Assembly (NCBI GenBank): GCA_008632985.1
Contig: QPGO01000134.1
Span: 62,001-126,000 of the forward strand
Reading direction: 5' to 3'
Source: Psammoneis japonica
Taxonomy: Eukaryota
Length of the DNA stretch: 64,000 nucleotides
Shown here: positions 22,738 through 32,990 of the stretch, piece after piece
Numbering within the stretch: position 1 is the first letter of the stretch
Layout: the number at the start of each line of letters is the position of its first letter
Translations under genes and position numbers: made by a program
The notes under the pieces: model-generated
What the model was told of the DNA's origin: nothing
Databases searched by the model: none
The model's input: only the letters and a program-made list of their open reading frames with translations

Positions 22738-25113
22738 TGACAGGATTTGAACAGGATTTGGGTGCGCGCGAAATGTCGTGCGCTGTTTAGTTTACCGCGC
22801 ACAGTTTTGTGTGCTTTAGTTCCGCGCGTTCGCTCGCGATGTAGTTTGCTTTCGAGCCACAAGGCTCACAAGAATAACGACAGTGGCCCGATTGTGCCGA
22901 CTTGCACGTCTTTCGGCTCCTGTGATGGTCTCTGAGCGGAGACTCATCTGCTGTTTAGACAGCAGTGAGGAGTCATTGTTTGAATTCTTGCCATTTGCCT
23001 TCAATTTCTGTCAGATTAACAGTCTTGTTTGTTCGTTCGTCCACAGCGCCTAACGCCTGCGTCAACTGGCCAGCCTGATCGGGAAATCCAACCGATGTAA
23101 AATAAGAACGGTTCGGGGGTCTTGTCCACCTCTAGTCAGCTTACCTGCAGGGGTTTGCAACCCGCTGCTCCGCTTGCAAGCAACCCAAAGCGCCACTGGC
23201 TGCGGGTTCGGACGTGCCGGCACAACTCTATGGACCGGATGGGAAGTTTAGCACTTGACAACGAACGGGATAGCACACCCCGGCGACTTCTGATTTTAAG
23301 ACAGTCCAAGATTGGATCCCCCAAGTCTCGTACCTCGAGACCAGGCCTCCTGATTGGATGTCCCAAGTCTCGTACCTCGAGACCAGGTCTCCTGATTGGA
23401 TGTCCCAAGTCTCGCACCTCGAGACTGGGCCTCCTGATTGGATGCCTCAAGTCTCGTGCCTCGAGACTGGGCCTCCTGGTTGGATCCCCCAAGTCTCGTA
23501 CCTCGAGACTAGGCCTCCTGATCGGATGCCTCAAGTCTCGTACATCGAGACTGGGCCTCCTGATCGGATGCCCCAAGTCTCGTGCCTTGAGACCAGGCCT
23601 CCCAACTGGACTCTCCACGTTTCGTACCTCGAGACCAGGCCTCCTGACTGGATGCCCCAAGTCTCGTACCTCGAGACCAGGCCTCCTGATTGGATGCCTC
23701 AAGTCTCGTGCCTCGAGACCAGGCCTCCTGATTGGATGCCCCAAGTCTCGTACCTCGAGACCAGGTCTCCTGATCGGATGTCCCAAGTCTCGCACCTCGA
23801 GACTGGGCCTCCTGATTGGATGCCTCAAGCCTCGTGCCTCGAGACTGGGCCTCCTGGTTGGTTCCCCCAAGTCTCGTACCTCGAGACTGGGCCTCCTGAT
23901 CGGATGCCTCAAGTCTCGTACATCGAGACTGGGCCTCCTGATCGGATGCCCCAAGTCTCGTGCCTTGAGACCAGGCCTCCCAACTGGACTCTCCACGTCT
24001 CGTGCCTCGGGCCTCCCAGTTGGATCCTCCACGTCTCGCACCTCAAGACTCGGCCTCCGGATTGGATCCCTCAAGTCTTGCACCACAAGACTCGGCCTCC
24101 TGATTGGATCCCCCAAGTCTCGCACCTCAAGACTTGGCCTCCTGATTGGATCCCCGAAGACTCGTGTCACAAGACTGGCAAGTCCTTTTAGATCCCAGAA
24201 GTCTTGCAGCACGGGACTGGTTGCCCCAATCAGACATCTGCAGCCTTGCACCACAAGATGTCTTGCTCCAATCCAATCCCCGAAGGCTTGCACCTTGAGA
24301 CTCGTTTCTCCAATTGGATCAGTCTCTCAGGAGATGCAGCTGAGCTTGCAATCGGATTGGTGGAACACAAGACCACCGCTTGTGCCTTTGAACTCATGCT
24401 TGCTCTGTTCCCCGAGTCGTGCAAACGCCATGCCACCCTGCACGAGCACTGCTCTGTTTTTCCAGCAGCAGCCCAGTGTGGCAACCGTTCCAAGAACCAA
24501 CAGACGGCCATCAGTCTTTACGATCTTCGCTCAGGAAGTGAAGGCAATGTCAACTTGTTTGCATTGTCCTGCAATGTTGCCCCGCCGTTCAACATTGTCA
24601 ACCAGACCAAGCTTTGCTCCTTCCATTGCAAGTGCGGATGTGGAATCCCACAAGATCCCAAGTGTGCCTTGAGCTTTGAAAAGCACAACGGCATCTACAA
24701 TTGGGGAGATGCAGCTCATCTCAAGATGACCCACTTGAAGAATGCAACGTTGCTCTAGGATCTTGATCCTTTCTTGTCTCCTCATGTTTTGGTGCTTTGA
24801 CTCCAAAGTTCTTCAGTCAATCCGAAGTCGAATCTGTTTCTGTGACTCCTCAAGCAAACTGGGGAGTGACAGGATTTGAACAGGATTTAGGTGCGCGCGA
24901 AATGTCGCATGCTGTTTAGTTTACCGCGCACAGTTTTGTGTGCTTTAGTTCCGCGCGTTCGCGCGCGATGCAGTTTGCTTTCGAGCCACAAGGCTCACAA
25001 GAATGACAACAGCAGCCCGATTGTGCCGACTTGCACGTCTTTTGGCTCTGCTGTTTAGACAGCAGCAAGGAGTCATTGTTTGAATTCTTGCCATTTGCCT
25101 TCAATTTCTGTCA
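22738..25113 (+). mobile_element. Non-autonomous LTR element (2376 bp) of the same family, TSD CTTTG
   Basis: LTRs at 22738-23013 and 24867-25113 (the latter with a ~29-bp deletion); CTTTG at 22733-22737 and 25114-25118; PPT-like aactggggag before the 3' LTR; no gag/pol inside. Confidence 0.92.
23311..24320 (+). repeat. 42-bp minisatellite, ~24 units, with a higher-order 9-unit duplication
   Basis: Unit ~ccaagtctcgtacctcgagaccaggcctcctgattggatgcc, translating as PKSRTSRPGLLIGC; degenerates towards the right end. Confidence 0.95.
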
Positions 25114-26011
25114 CTTTGGAGTGAACATTGAACCAACAGATGTCAATGTCGCCAAAAGGGAGTCCTCAAAGGTTTCCTGCGCTGCTCATCACACCTGTCC
25201 TGGTCTCTGTGGAGGCTGTGATTTGTCTTGAAGTTCTCAACAAACATTGATCTTGTGATGCAATGGGCACCCACTGACACCACAAAGCAATTCGTTTGAA
25301 CCAGATGATCAACTCCGAAGAGCGAGATGAAAAGAATGTTGGTGATGTCGGCAATGAAGAATGCACACTCATTTCCAAGTGTCACCCAATCCACCACATC
25401 AGGATCCAAAGCATCTTCTCTTCAACAGATTTGCTTCTAGGTCTCTCATGTTTTTGCTCATCCAGATGATGTTGTTCCAACATCTCTTGCACCGAGATCA
25501 CACCGCTCCAAAGCAAGCACTGAAAAATGTCGCCAGTGCTCGCGAGACCCAGGTTGTGCCTCTGAATGTTGAACCAGCATGATCAGCCTTTGAAATTCAG
25601 TGCCATTGTTTTGCTGACTTTTCTTGTCTTGACGGCTTTCAATGATGAAGTGCAAGGTGGTCCACACACATGGGGTTGGGGTTAATTTCCTCAGAACCCG
25701 CCTGACACAACGCACAACTGGCGATGGGCCGTCACACGTCAAAACCTACTCCTACATGTACAATAAGCACAGTACGTGGTAAACAATGAACATTTTCATT
25801 AATAATTTTTTTGAATTGACCGAATTTCAGAGTATTCCGTTGAACACTGAATAAATGTATAAGATGCTTAATGCCATCATTTCATCCTGAAGCCGATACT
25901 GTTCAGATGATCTCCAATCGCCCACTTTTTGCGATTTATTAGGTCAGTCGCAATACTTTTCAAAGCATAAAAAACACTAGCCGACGAATTCGAACAGAAC
26001 AGAGAATTAAA

Positions 26012-26497
26012 ATGGTCGTAAGTAATAAGGACCGCTGGTTTCGAAAAATGGAGCAACCTGCGGATGAAGCGCTCATATCGTCCTCAGCAGCTTGCGACTC
26101 AATGAGGGAACTAAAGAAAAAGAAGAATTCGAGACTTCGTAAAAAGAAGAGAAGGGACACATCAGTCATAAGTAACGAATATCATGACAGCCCTTTATAT
26201 GGCGACAGTCCTGTTCTGAACGAGAGTCATTTTTCTACGTCCTCCGGTATCATCGATTCAGAACAGAGCAGCTTTCGCACTGTGGATGATGTCACTACTC
26301 ATTGTGTGAGCAAGACCTGTCACTTGAAGATTACAGTGGAGACGACAGAGAAATCTGTGGCGAACAAAGTGCCGCCACCAAAGAGGACAGAGCCTCAACC
26401 GCAGCTCAGATCATCCGAGGCTTCCGTCGTTCAGAACTCAACCACGATTACTTCCGATGCGATAGCTGATTTACTATTCATTGGTTTCTGTTCTTGA
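26012..26497 (+). CDS. Hypothetical protein (basic patch, Ser-rich)
   Basis: 161-aa ATG ORF in normal-composition DNA; no domain recognised. Confidence 0.4.
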   Translation: MVVSNKDRWFRKMEQPADEALISSSAACDSMRELKKKKNSRLRKKKRRDTSVISNEYHDSPLYGDSPVLNESHFSTSSGIIDSEQSSFRTVDDVTTHCVSKTCHLKITVETTEKSVANKVPPPKRTEPQPQLRSSEASVVQNSTTITSDAIADLLFIGFCS

Positions 26498-26593
26498 TAA
26501 CTGGTTGGAAGTTTTCTAATATGATTCATAATTCTAGGAAAGGCTAAAGCCGAAGCACGAAATTTCTTCCTCCCATAACTAGCTATGGTCATT

Positions 26594-28987
26594 TTACACT
26601 CCCATGAGGTCTCTCAAGCGATTGAAGTCTTTCTTTGCTTCTTTGTTTTCTTCAAAGGGGTACTTTGCGCCAACGGCATGAGCACAAACAAATCCAGAGA
26701 GAAGAGACATGTCGTGACAGTTTCCGGGAGTTGTCCAATTTGAGCAATAGTAAATCCCGTCCTGTCCCTGAACGAGTCGTAGGCTCAACATTGCTGCAAC
26801 ATTCCACCCCGAGTACAGAGGATGTGCCCTGGCATGGTTTCCTGTGCCTCTGATCAAACTGGGGTCAATAGCTTTACCTTCACCCAAAGCATGGCTGATC
26901 AACATGACTGGCTTCTGATCCAGTGGCAAATCGTATACCCCTGGTCCCGACGTCTGAACTCCAAAATTGTATTGGTTCTCAATGTTGATCGTACCATCCT
27001 TCAGACGCGTAACTTCCACATAGTTGGATGCTCGTTTCAAACAGTCCTCTCGGCACGAGGCATCAATAACGGAACCATCAGAATGCATCACTGCATGCAT
27101 ATGACCAGTAGATGGATGGTGGTCATCGGCGTAAACCGGTGTCGACAAAATTGCACCGGCCAACCGACCGTGGGTCTTGCAAATGTTACCCACAGCATTT
27201 GCTGGACACGCAAATATGACACGGTCCACGTCCACAAACCCGTCATGTTCGTCGTGGACACGTTTCTTGCCATTGTCAAGAACCTCTACATGACGAACGC
27301 GGGCGTCTTGCCTCAAATCGACTCCGTCCACCAGCGAATCAAAAACCTGGCGAATGCCTTTTCCGGCATCTTTCCACGTCACACAAGTCGTGATGTTGCA
27401 GTCCTGCTCACTGCGTTTCGAGGGTCCTTGCCATGAGTTGGAGGAATTGGGATTCAATGGAATCTGAGCCTCGATAAGCGGACCAAAGACGGCGGGAAAG
27501 GGTCGTAGTTCGTCCACCAAAAAGGATGCCGTGTATTGCGGCGTAAAGACGACATCCCACCACAAATCAGAGCCACCGACAACCTTGAAGAGTGAATAGA
27601 GCGGAATCACAGTCAGAGGATTTAGCAATCCTAAACCTTGATGGGTATCGTACATGGACGGCAAGTCGTTGCGTCTCCAAGGAGCCCACCTCAGCGTAAA
27701 GAACTTGGTAACGCTGTCACTGAAGTCCACAACTCGCTTGTAAAGTTGAAAGTCTCGTTCAAACACTTTACGGAGTGAACCTTCATAAACGGTAGGATCC
27801 GCCTCCCACAGGGTTCCTTCGGCTCCCTCCACCTTTGAATTGATAAACCACGAGAGAGGAATATGAACCGTCTCGACACCCAGTTTTTCCAAGAGCGCAG
27901 TGTAATTCTTGTAGAAAATTGGAGGCCAGGCCGTAACAGAGACACACGATTTGACAATCTTATCCGTCACGCCGTTGCGAAACGCAGAAAAGTCCCAATC
28001 AAATGTGCGAGCATTGCCACTAATTTGAGGACGCGCCTCGTACAAGACGACATCAAAACCAGATTCCTTCAATGCCCACGCGGCTCCACACCCCGCGACA
28101 CCACCTCCCACCACTGCAACTTTGTACTTGATCTCGTCGGGCTGCTGCTTTTCCGGTTCGAGTCGTTCAGCTCCACGCGACAGTCCAGGTACCGACACGG
28201 GCACGGTCCATGCCAAGAAACGTCCAAGAGGAGGAATCACGGATCCCACCATTCGAATCAAGGATCGTACCGTCATCCAAAAAGGCAAGGTTGATGCCAC
28301 GAGCAAAATACGAAATCGTTTCTTTTTCAAAATCTTCATGCGCTTCTTTACATGAGCCTGCGGTGTGCTGGTCTCCTTGGCTCGCTGTGTATCCTCTGGC
28401 GTGAGTTTGCCCACAGCCAGGGGTGCCAACCAAGTGGCCGCCTTGTCGGATTGTCCATGGACGGTGTAATTGTCAAAAAAGTGTTGTAAATCCAATCCTG
28501 CTGCCGTCAAGAGCAAATCGCGCCCACCGGGATGGTCATTGACAAACTCCGTCACGTCATAAACAATGCCGTCGTGCGTCACCAATAGACGGTCTTGCTT
28601 TGAGTTCAATCCGTTGCACTCTTGAACCTCCTCCAAGCTCATGACGGGCAACGACTCGACGACTTCGTCTTCCAATTCAACTACAACCTTTTTCCCCGGT
28701 CCATCTTGCTTGGTTGTGGTCGTTGTTTCCTCCTGAACGCTCGTACTTAGTACAGCAGCTTCGGCTTGCGTTTTGGTAGACTTTTGCAAGGACTGCGTGG
28801 ATGCTGCAGCAGCTGAAAGAGATACGAGTACGACTCCAATACCCACACCGCGACGGCTGTTGGCAAGGAGACTTGTAGCTGCCTTGTGAGATACAGTCGT
28901 CAATGTGCGATTACCACTGCAACTCTTGAAGAGCGCATAACTATGGTTGGAAAACAATCTGCCTGCAGCTCTTGTAGAGACAAGCAT
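26594..28987 (-). CDS. Cytochrome b5-domain / FAD-dependent oxidoreductase (amine-oxidase-like) fusion
   Basis: 'VYDVTEFVNDHPGG' heme b5 motif, a TM segment, the Rossmann motif 'VAVVGGGVAGCGAA...LYEAR..ISGNART'; Ser/Ala/Arg-rich presequence. Confidence 0.85.
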   Translation of the reverse strand: MLVSTRAAGRLFSNHSYALFKSCSGNRTLTTVSHKAATSLLANSRRGVGIGVVLVSLSAAAASTQSLQKSTKTQAEAAVLSTSVQEETTTTTKQDGPGKKVVVELEDEVVESLPVMSLEEVQECNGLNSKQDRLLVTHDGIVYDVTEFVNDHPGGRDLLLTAAGLDLQHFFDNYTVHGQSDKAATWLAPLAVGKLTPEDTQRAKETSTPQAHVKKRMKILKKKRFRILLVASTLPFWMTVRSLIRMVGSVIPPLGRFLAWTVPVSVPGLSRGAERLEPEKQQPDEIKYKVAVVGGGVAGCGAAWALKESGFDVVLYEARPQISGNARTFDWDFSAFRNGVTDKIVKSCVSVTAWPPIFYKNYTALLEKLGVETVHIPLSWFINSKVEGAEGTLWEADPTVYEGSLRKVFERDFQLYKRVVDFSDSVTKFFTLRWAPWRRNDLPSMYDTHQGLGLLNPLTVIPLYSLFKVVGGSDLWWDVVFTPQYTASFLVDELRPFPAVFGPLIEAQIPLNPNSSNSWQGPSKRSEQDCNITTCVTWKDAGKGIRQVFDSLVDGVDLRQDARVRHVEVLDNGKKRVHDEHDGFVDVDRVIFACPANAVGNICKTHGRLAGAILSTPVYADDHHPSTGHMHAVMHSDGSVIDASCREDCLKRASNYVEVTRLKDGTINIENQYNFGVQTSGPGVYDLPLDQKPVMLISHALGEGKAIDPSLIRGTGNHARAHPLYSGWNVAAMLSLRLVQGQDGIYYCSNWTTPGNCHDMSLLSGFVCAHAVGAKYPFEENKEAKKDFNRLRDLMGV

Positions 28988-29336
28988 GTGATCTGAAAAA
29001 CAGACTAGCACTTAATAGTCGAAAGATCCCTGAGTGTGTGACTTTCTATATCCTCTCCAAGCCCTAAGCGTGTGGCTTAAAGTGTATCCTCTACAACAGC
29101 GTCGAAGGCAACGGCAGATGCTACTCTCTCGTGTCGGAGGGAGAAAAGTGAGGTGGTGTGTGACGCGAACCATTCCAAAAAAAGAGGCGGGAAATGGATC
29201 ATTGGAATTGATTATAAATTTACTTCGAATACGAACAATATTATTAAACCGTAATTTAACGTCCTAAGTCTGTCTATCGTCCGTTTCTTTCACACCATAC
29301 TTTTTTCCACACTTCACGTCACAAAAGCAAACCACC

Positions 29337-30013
29337 ATGACGGACGCCGCCGCTGCTGTCAGTGATGACCAACTCGCCGAGTATGAAACTCAGTTGAAAG
29401 AAATCAATGATCTCCTGAGTCTAACGCCCAATGATGAATCTTTGTTGTCGGTAAAGGCTGATTTAGAAGAGCTCCTTGCGTTGACTCGCGGTGCTTCTGC
29501 TGTTACTCAAGCAGAGACTCCGTCAGAAGTCGCTGCTGCTGCTGCTGCTGCACCCACGACAATTCCGCCGCCACCACCTCCAGAAGCATTGCCTGCAGAG
29601 ACATTAGAAGATGATGTCAAGTTTTCTGCTGTGACTGCCACTACAGAAGAGCCTTCTGCTCCAGCGGCTGCAACAACAACAACAGAGAAAGAAGTTCCAA
29701 AAAAGAAAAAGAAGAAACAGAAAATCAAAGACTTTGAAGTCCCGGCTCACTTGATACCCTTGGAATCTGACTCGAATGCGGAACGCAAGAAGAAGAAACG
29801 GGCCATTAAGATGCTCAAGAATGCATGGCGTGAACGAAAAAAGGAGGTGGAATCGTCCAACAAGCAACAATCGTGGCAATCCTTTCAGAAATCTTCCAGT
29901 AGCAAAAAGTCGTCGTCGATTTTGCCACCAAGGATGGAGATACCAAAGTGGGCGTCATTTCTGCGGGGTCAATGACGGAGTTTCAAGAACGAAAACGGCA
30001 TCAAAGGACGTGA
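29337..30013 (+). CDS. SPF30/SMNDC1-like splicing factor lacking an obvious Tudor domain; 1-bp frameshift near 29920
   Basis: N-terminal 'LAEYETQL..INDLL...P.DESLLSVKADLEELLALT'; C-terminal 'KQQSWQSF...KSSSI[F]ATKDGDTKVGV' needs one extra T. Confidence 0.65.
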
Positions 30014-30187
30014 GGGCACTTGTAAGGTGCTTAGACAACACAAACTGGAGTTCAGGCGGATGTCGTAAGCGAAGACTGAAGAGCGCAAATAGAAGTGTAC
30101 TTGAATTACTTATAAAGAATATCTATGGAACATTATGTATGGATTCTGTGTTTCCCTACCTCTTTTCTGCGTGTGTGTCGTCTCCGT

Positions 30188-32448
30188 TTAGAAGAACTTG
30201 CTGGCTTTTCTCCTGAGCAAAAACAAGGCCAGGAACCTGAAGAATGCAAACAAAACCACCAACAGTAGCCAATACCACCACGCCTCATCAGGATCAGCCC
30301 CCACATTGTTCAAAACTTGATTGCAATTAAAATCGGCCCTATCACTACCACAGTCGCGATCAAACTCATTGATGAGAGCCAGGCGGACCGCATAGGTCAG
30401 CGAACAAATGTATTGAGCCCAACGCAGCCAGCTTGGAATAAGATCCGGAGTTACAAAGAACCCAGCAAACAACATTTGAGGTACAAACAGGACCGGAAGA
30501 GCCTCGGAAGCAAGTTTCGGATCTTCCACGGCGCATCCAAGACAAACCGCGAGTGCGGTACTGGCCATGGCAAGTAGATAACAAACAGCAAAGAAGCTTC
30601 CGAAACCTTGCTGAAAACCAATCATCCAAAAGCCAATCAAGAGCTATGTGCGACAGATGAATCAGTATGGTCAGTTTTCGTCGATTACACTGAAACATAC
30701 GCAATCAAACAACAAGACTCACCATTACAAGGACGTGCAAGGCAGTAATGAACGCTTCCATGGTGAGGCGAGACAAAAAGTAAGAAGCTACCCTATAGTG
30801 ACCTGTCGAATACTCTCGCAAAAAGACGGGGCGTTCTTCAGGGAATTGTAAGAGAGCTGGCTGTGCAGTTCCGAACATGCCACCCATCAACGTCATGATG
30901 ACTGCTCCGAAAACGCTGTTGATGTTCTGTTGTCATTGAACATGATACCGTCGGCGGGTGAGACGCGTTTCAATAAACACACTGATATCGCCCTCTATAC
31001 TTACACTAATCACTGCCAAATCTGACTTTCCAACCTCAAAAAAGATGGCTCCGACCAAGAGACTCAAGAATATGGCGATTCCAAACCGGGACACGACAGC
31101 CACGTAGTCGCGTCTAAAGTTCTTGAGCTCCCTGTTAAAGAGCTCATACGTTTGGGTTGGCATTCCTGGAGGTCTCGTGTCAAAGTCCATTTCGTCGCAT
31201 GAACCAAATCCAAAGTGTTTGGTAATCGAAATACCCAAGGAATCGTGCTTTTCATCTGCTTCGAATGGTTCTGGCATTTCTCGCTCGTCTTTCGGAAAGA
31301 AACCTGCCTTGTCGAGCTCGTCAATCTCGACGGATTGTGCCACGGTCTACCGTACGGTAAAGACACCAAATAGTGAGACTCTAGAGGAGTCCAGTACAAA
31401 ACGTATTGGACTGACAACAGCATAGACACTCACCATAATCCAATCGGCAGGGTTGTAATTGGGTGGGTTGGGCCTACCACGCGCAGCAAAGTATTCAGGC
31501 ACGTCCGCCACTGCGCCCTGATACATGACACGCCCCTTGTTGAGTAAAATCAAGTGATCAAACGAGTTGAAGATCTCAGAGGACGGCTGATGAATGGTAA
31601 AGAGCACACTTGCACCCGCGTTTGCGACTTTTTTGAGCACCTGGCACAATTGAACAGCACTAAAACTGTCAAGACCAGAAGTAGGCTCGTCCAAAAAGAC
31701 CAAGGCTGGCTTGACTACGAGCTCCACCCCGACAGAAGTACGCTTGCGTTCTCCTCCCGAGATGCCTTTTATGAGAGCCCCACCAACGATTGTATCAGCG
31801 CATTGAGTCAGGCCCAGTTCTTCCAGCATTCGGTTTGTAAGCTTTTCTAGCTGATGATCCGTAGTCGAACGTGGTAGACGTAGCTTGGCAGAAAAAAGAA
31901 TGGCCTCACGGGGCGTCGATGTCACTTGGAGAGAGTCGTCCTGGGCAACATAGGCGATTTGCTTTCGAACCTCCACGTCCGTTGGATCGACCACGAAATT
32001 GTTGAGCCGGACATCGGCTTCAATCGAAAGTCTGCCTCTAGATACGGCTCGACCGGACAAAATGTTGAGGAGCGAAGTCTTGCCTGAACCAGAGGGCCCC
32101 ATAATGGCAGTGGTTTCCTTCGGAGGCACTTCTCCCCACACATTCTCCAAGATCTTCTTGTCATCGTCATCTTTCTTTCGTGCAGCCTAAAGCGTAAGTT
32201 CATCACGTGTGCGTGTTACCCAAAAAGTGTATGACCAAACAACATATTTCTGCACCGGCAGACAAAGCACTTACTACGGACATGTTGATTCTCTGCCATG
32301 TTAGAGCCTTCCCTTCACGAACAGAGAAAGGGTCAACCCTTGTATCGAGCCTACTGATTTGGGAGTCCATCACCGGTTTTTCTTTGAATCCTTCCGGTTC
32401 TTCCCCACCCATCGGAACTGTTGTTCCGTCGTAAACGTCTTTAGACAT
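30188..32448 (-). CDS. ABCG (White-family) half transporter, multi-exon, copy 1
   Basis: Walker A GPSGSGKT, signature ISGGERKR, 'FLDEPTSGLDS', 'NPPNYNPADW', 'ERPVFLREY', and a TMD; GT-AG introns. Confidence 0.92.
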
Positions 32449-32990
32449 GCCTTTTAGAGTCAACAAACTATTGCTTTTAAGATTCGGAGATAATCTGTGA
32501 AACGAATGAGCTATGATGATTGTCTTTTGAGCACTTGTGTCAACCGGAAGTTGTCTTCAAAAGTCAGAGTTCGCGTTGCTTGATGGAGGTGGAGGGAAAT
32601 TCTGACCAAAAAAAAAAATTATAATATATTTATCCATGAATGATTACAAAAAAGAATCTGCAAGAAGCGATTCGAAGTTCGACGGGTGCTGGTCCGATAC
32701 ATAGACGACAGAGATGAGTGGAAGTAGGCAACTAATCTAAACAGGGAGTAAAAGCTGCTCCTGCCTTCCATAGAGTTTGTTCCTTTATTGGTAGATACTC
32801 TCTCTAGTAGAGCAAGTACAGTAACTATTCTCTAGCTAGAGCAGGGTGACAGAAACTCTCGCGAAAGACTAAAAGTGGTGTGTGTATCCGATTATCAATT
32901 GTGCGTGCATCAACAGATTCAAGATGGACCGGACAAGGACCAAGAATCAAATAAAAAATTACATCCACCTGACTCACTCTAACGCTCTGT

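Noticed and set aside
23311..24320. CRISPR-like array
   Set aside because: The units are contiguous tandem repeats with no unique spacers, there are no cas genes, and the context is eukaryotic.
23122..24672. Long ORFs (516, 385 and 277 aa) over the 42-bp repeat
   Set aside because: They are open on both strands only because the unit is a multiple of 3 and lacks stops in those frames; they lie inside a non-autonomous LTR element.
4850..25745. Classical fungal RIP or simple CpG decay as the full explanation
   Set aside because: RIP increases TpA and 5mC deamination does not consume it; here TpA is lost.
4815..25750. The whole block as one giant TIR element (tacgttttgcaacgtgac vs gtcacacgtcaaaaccta)
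   Set aside because: The match is short and imperfect, with no TSD; insufficient support.
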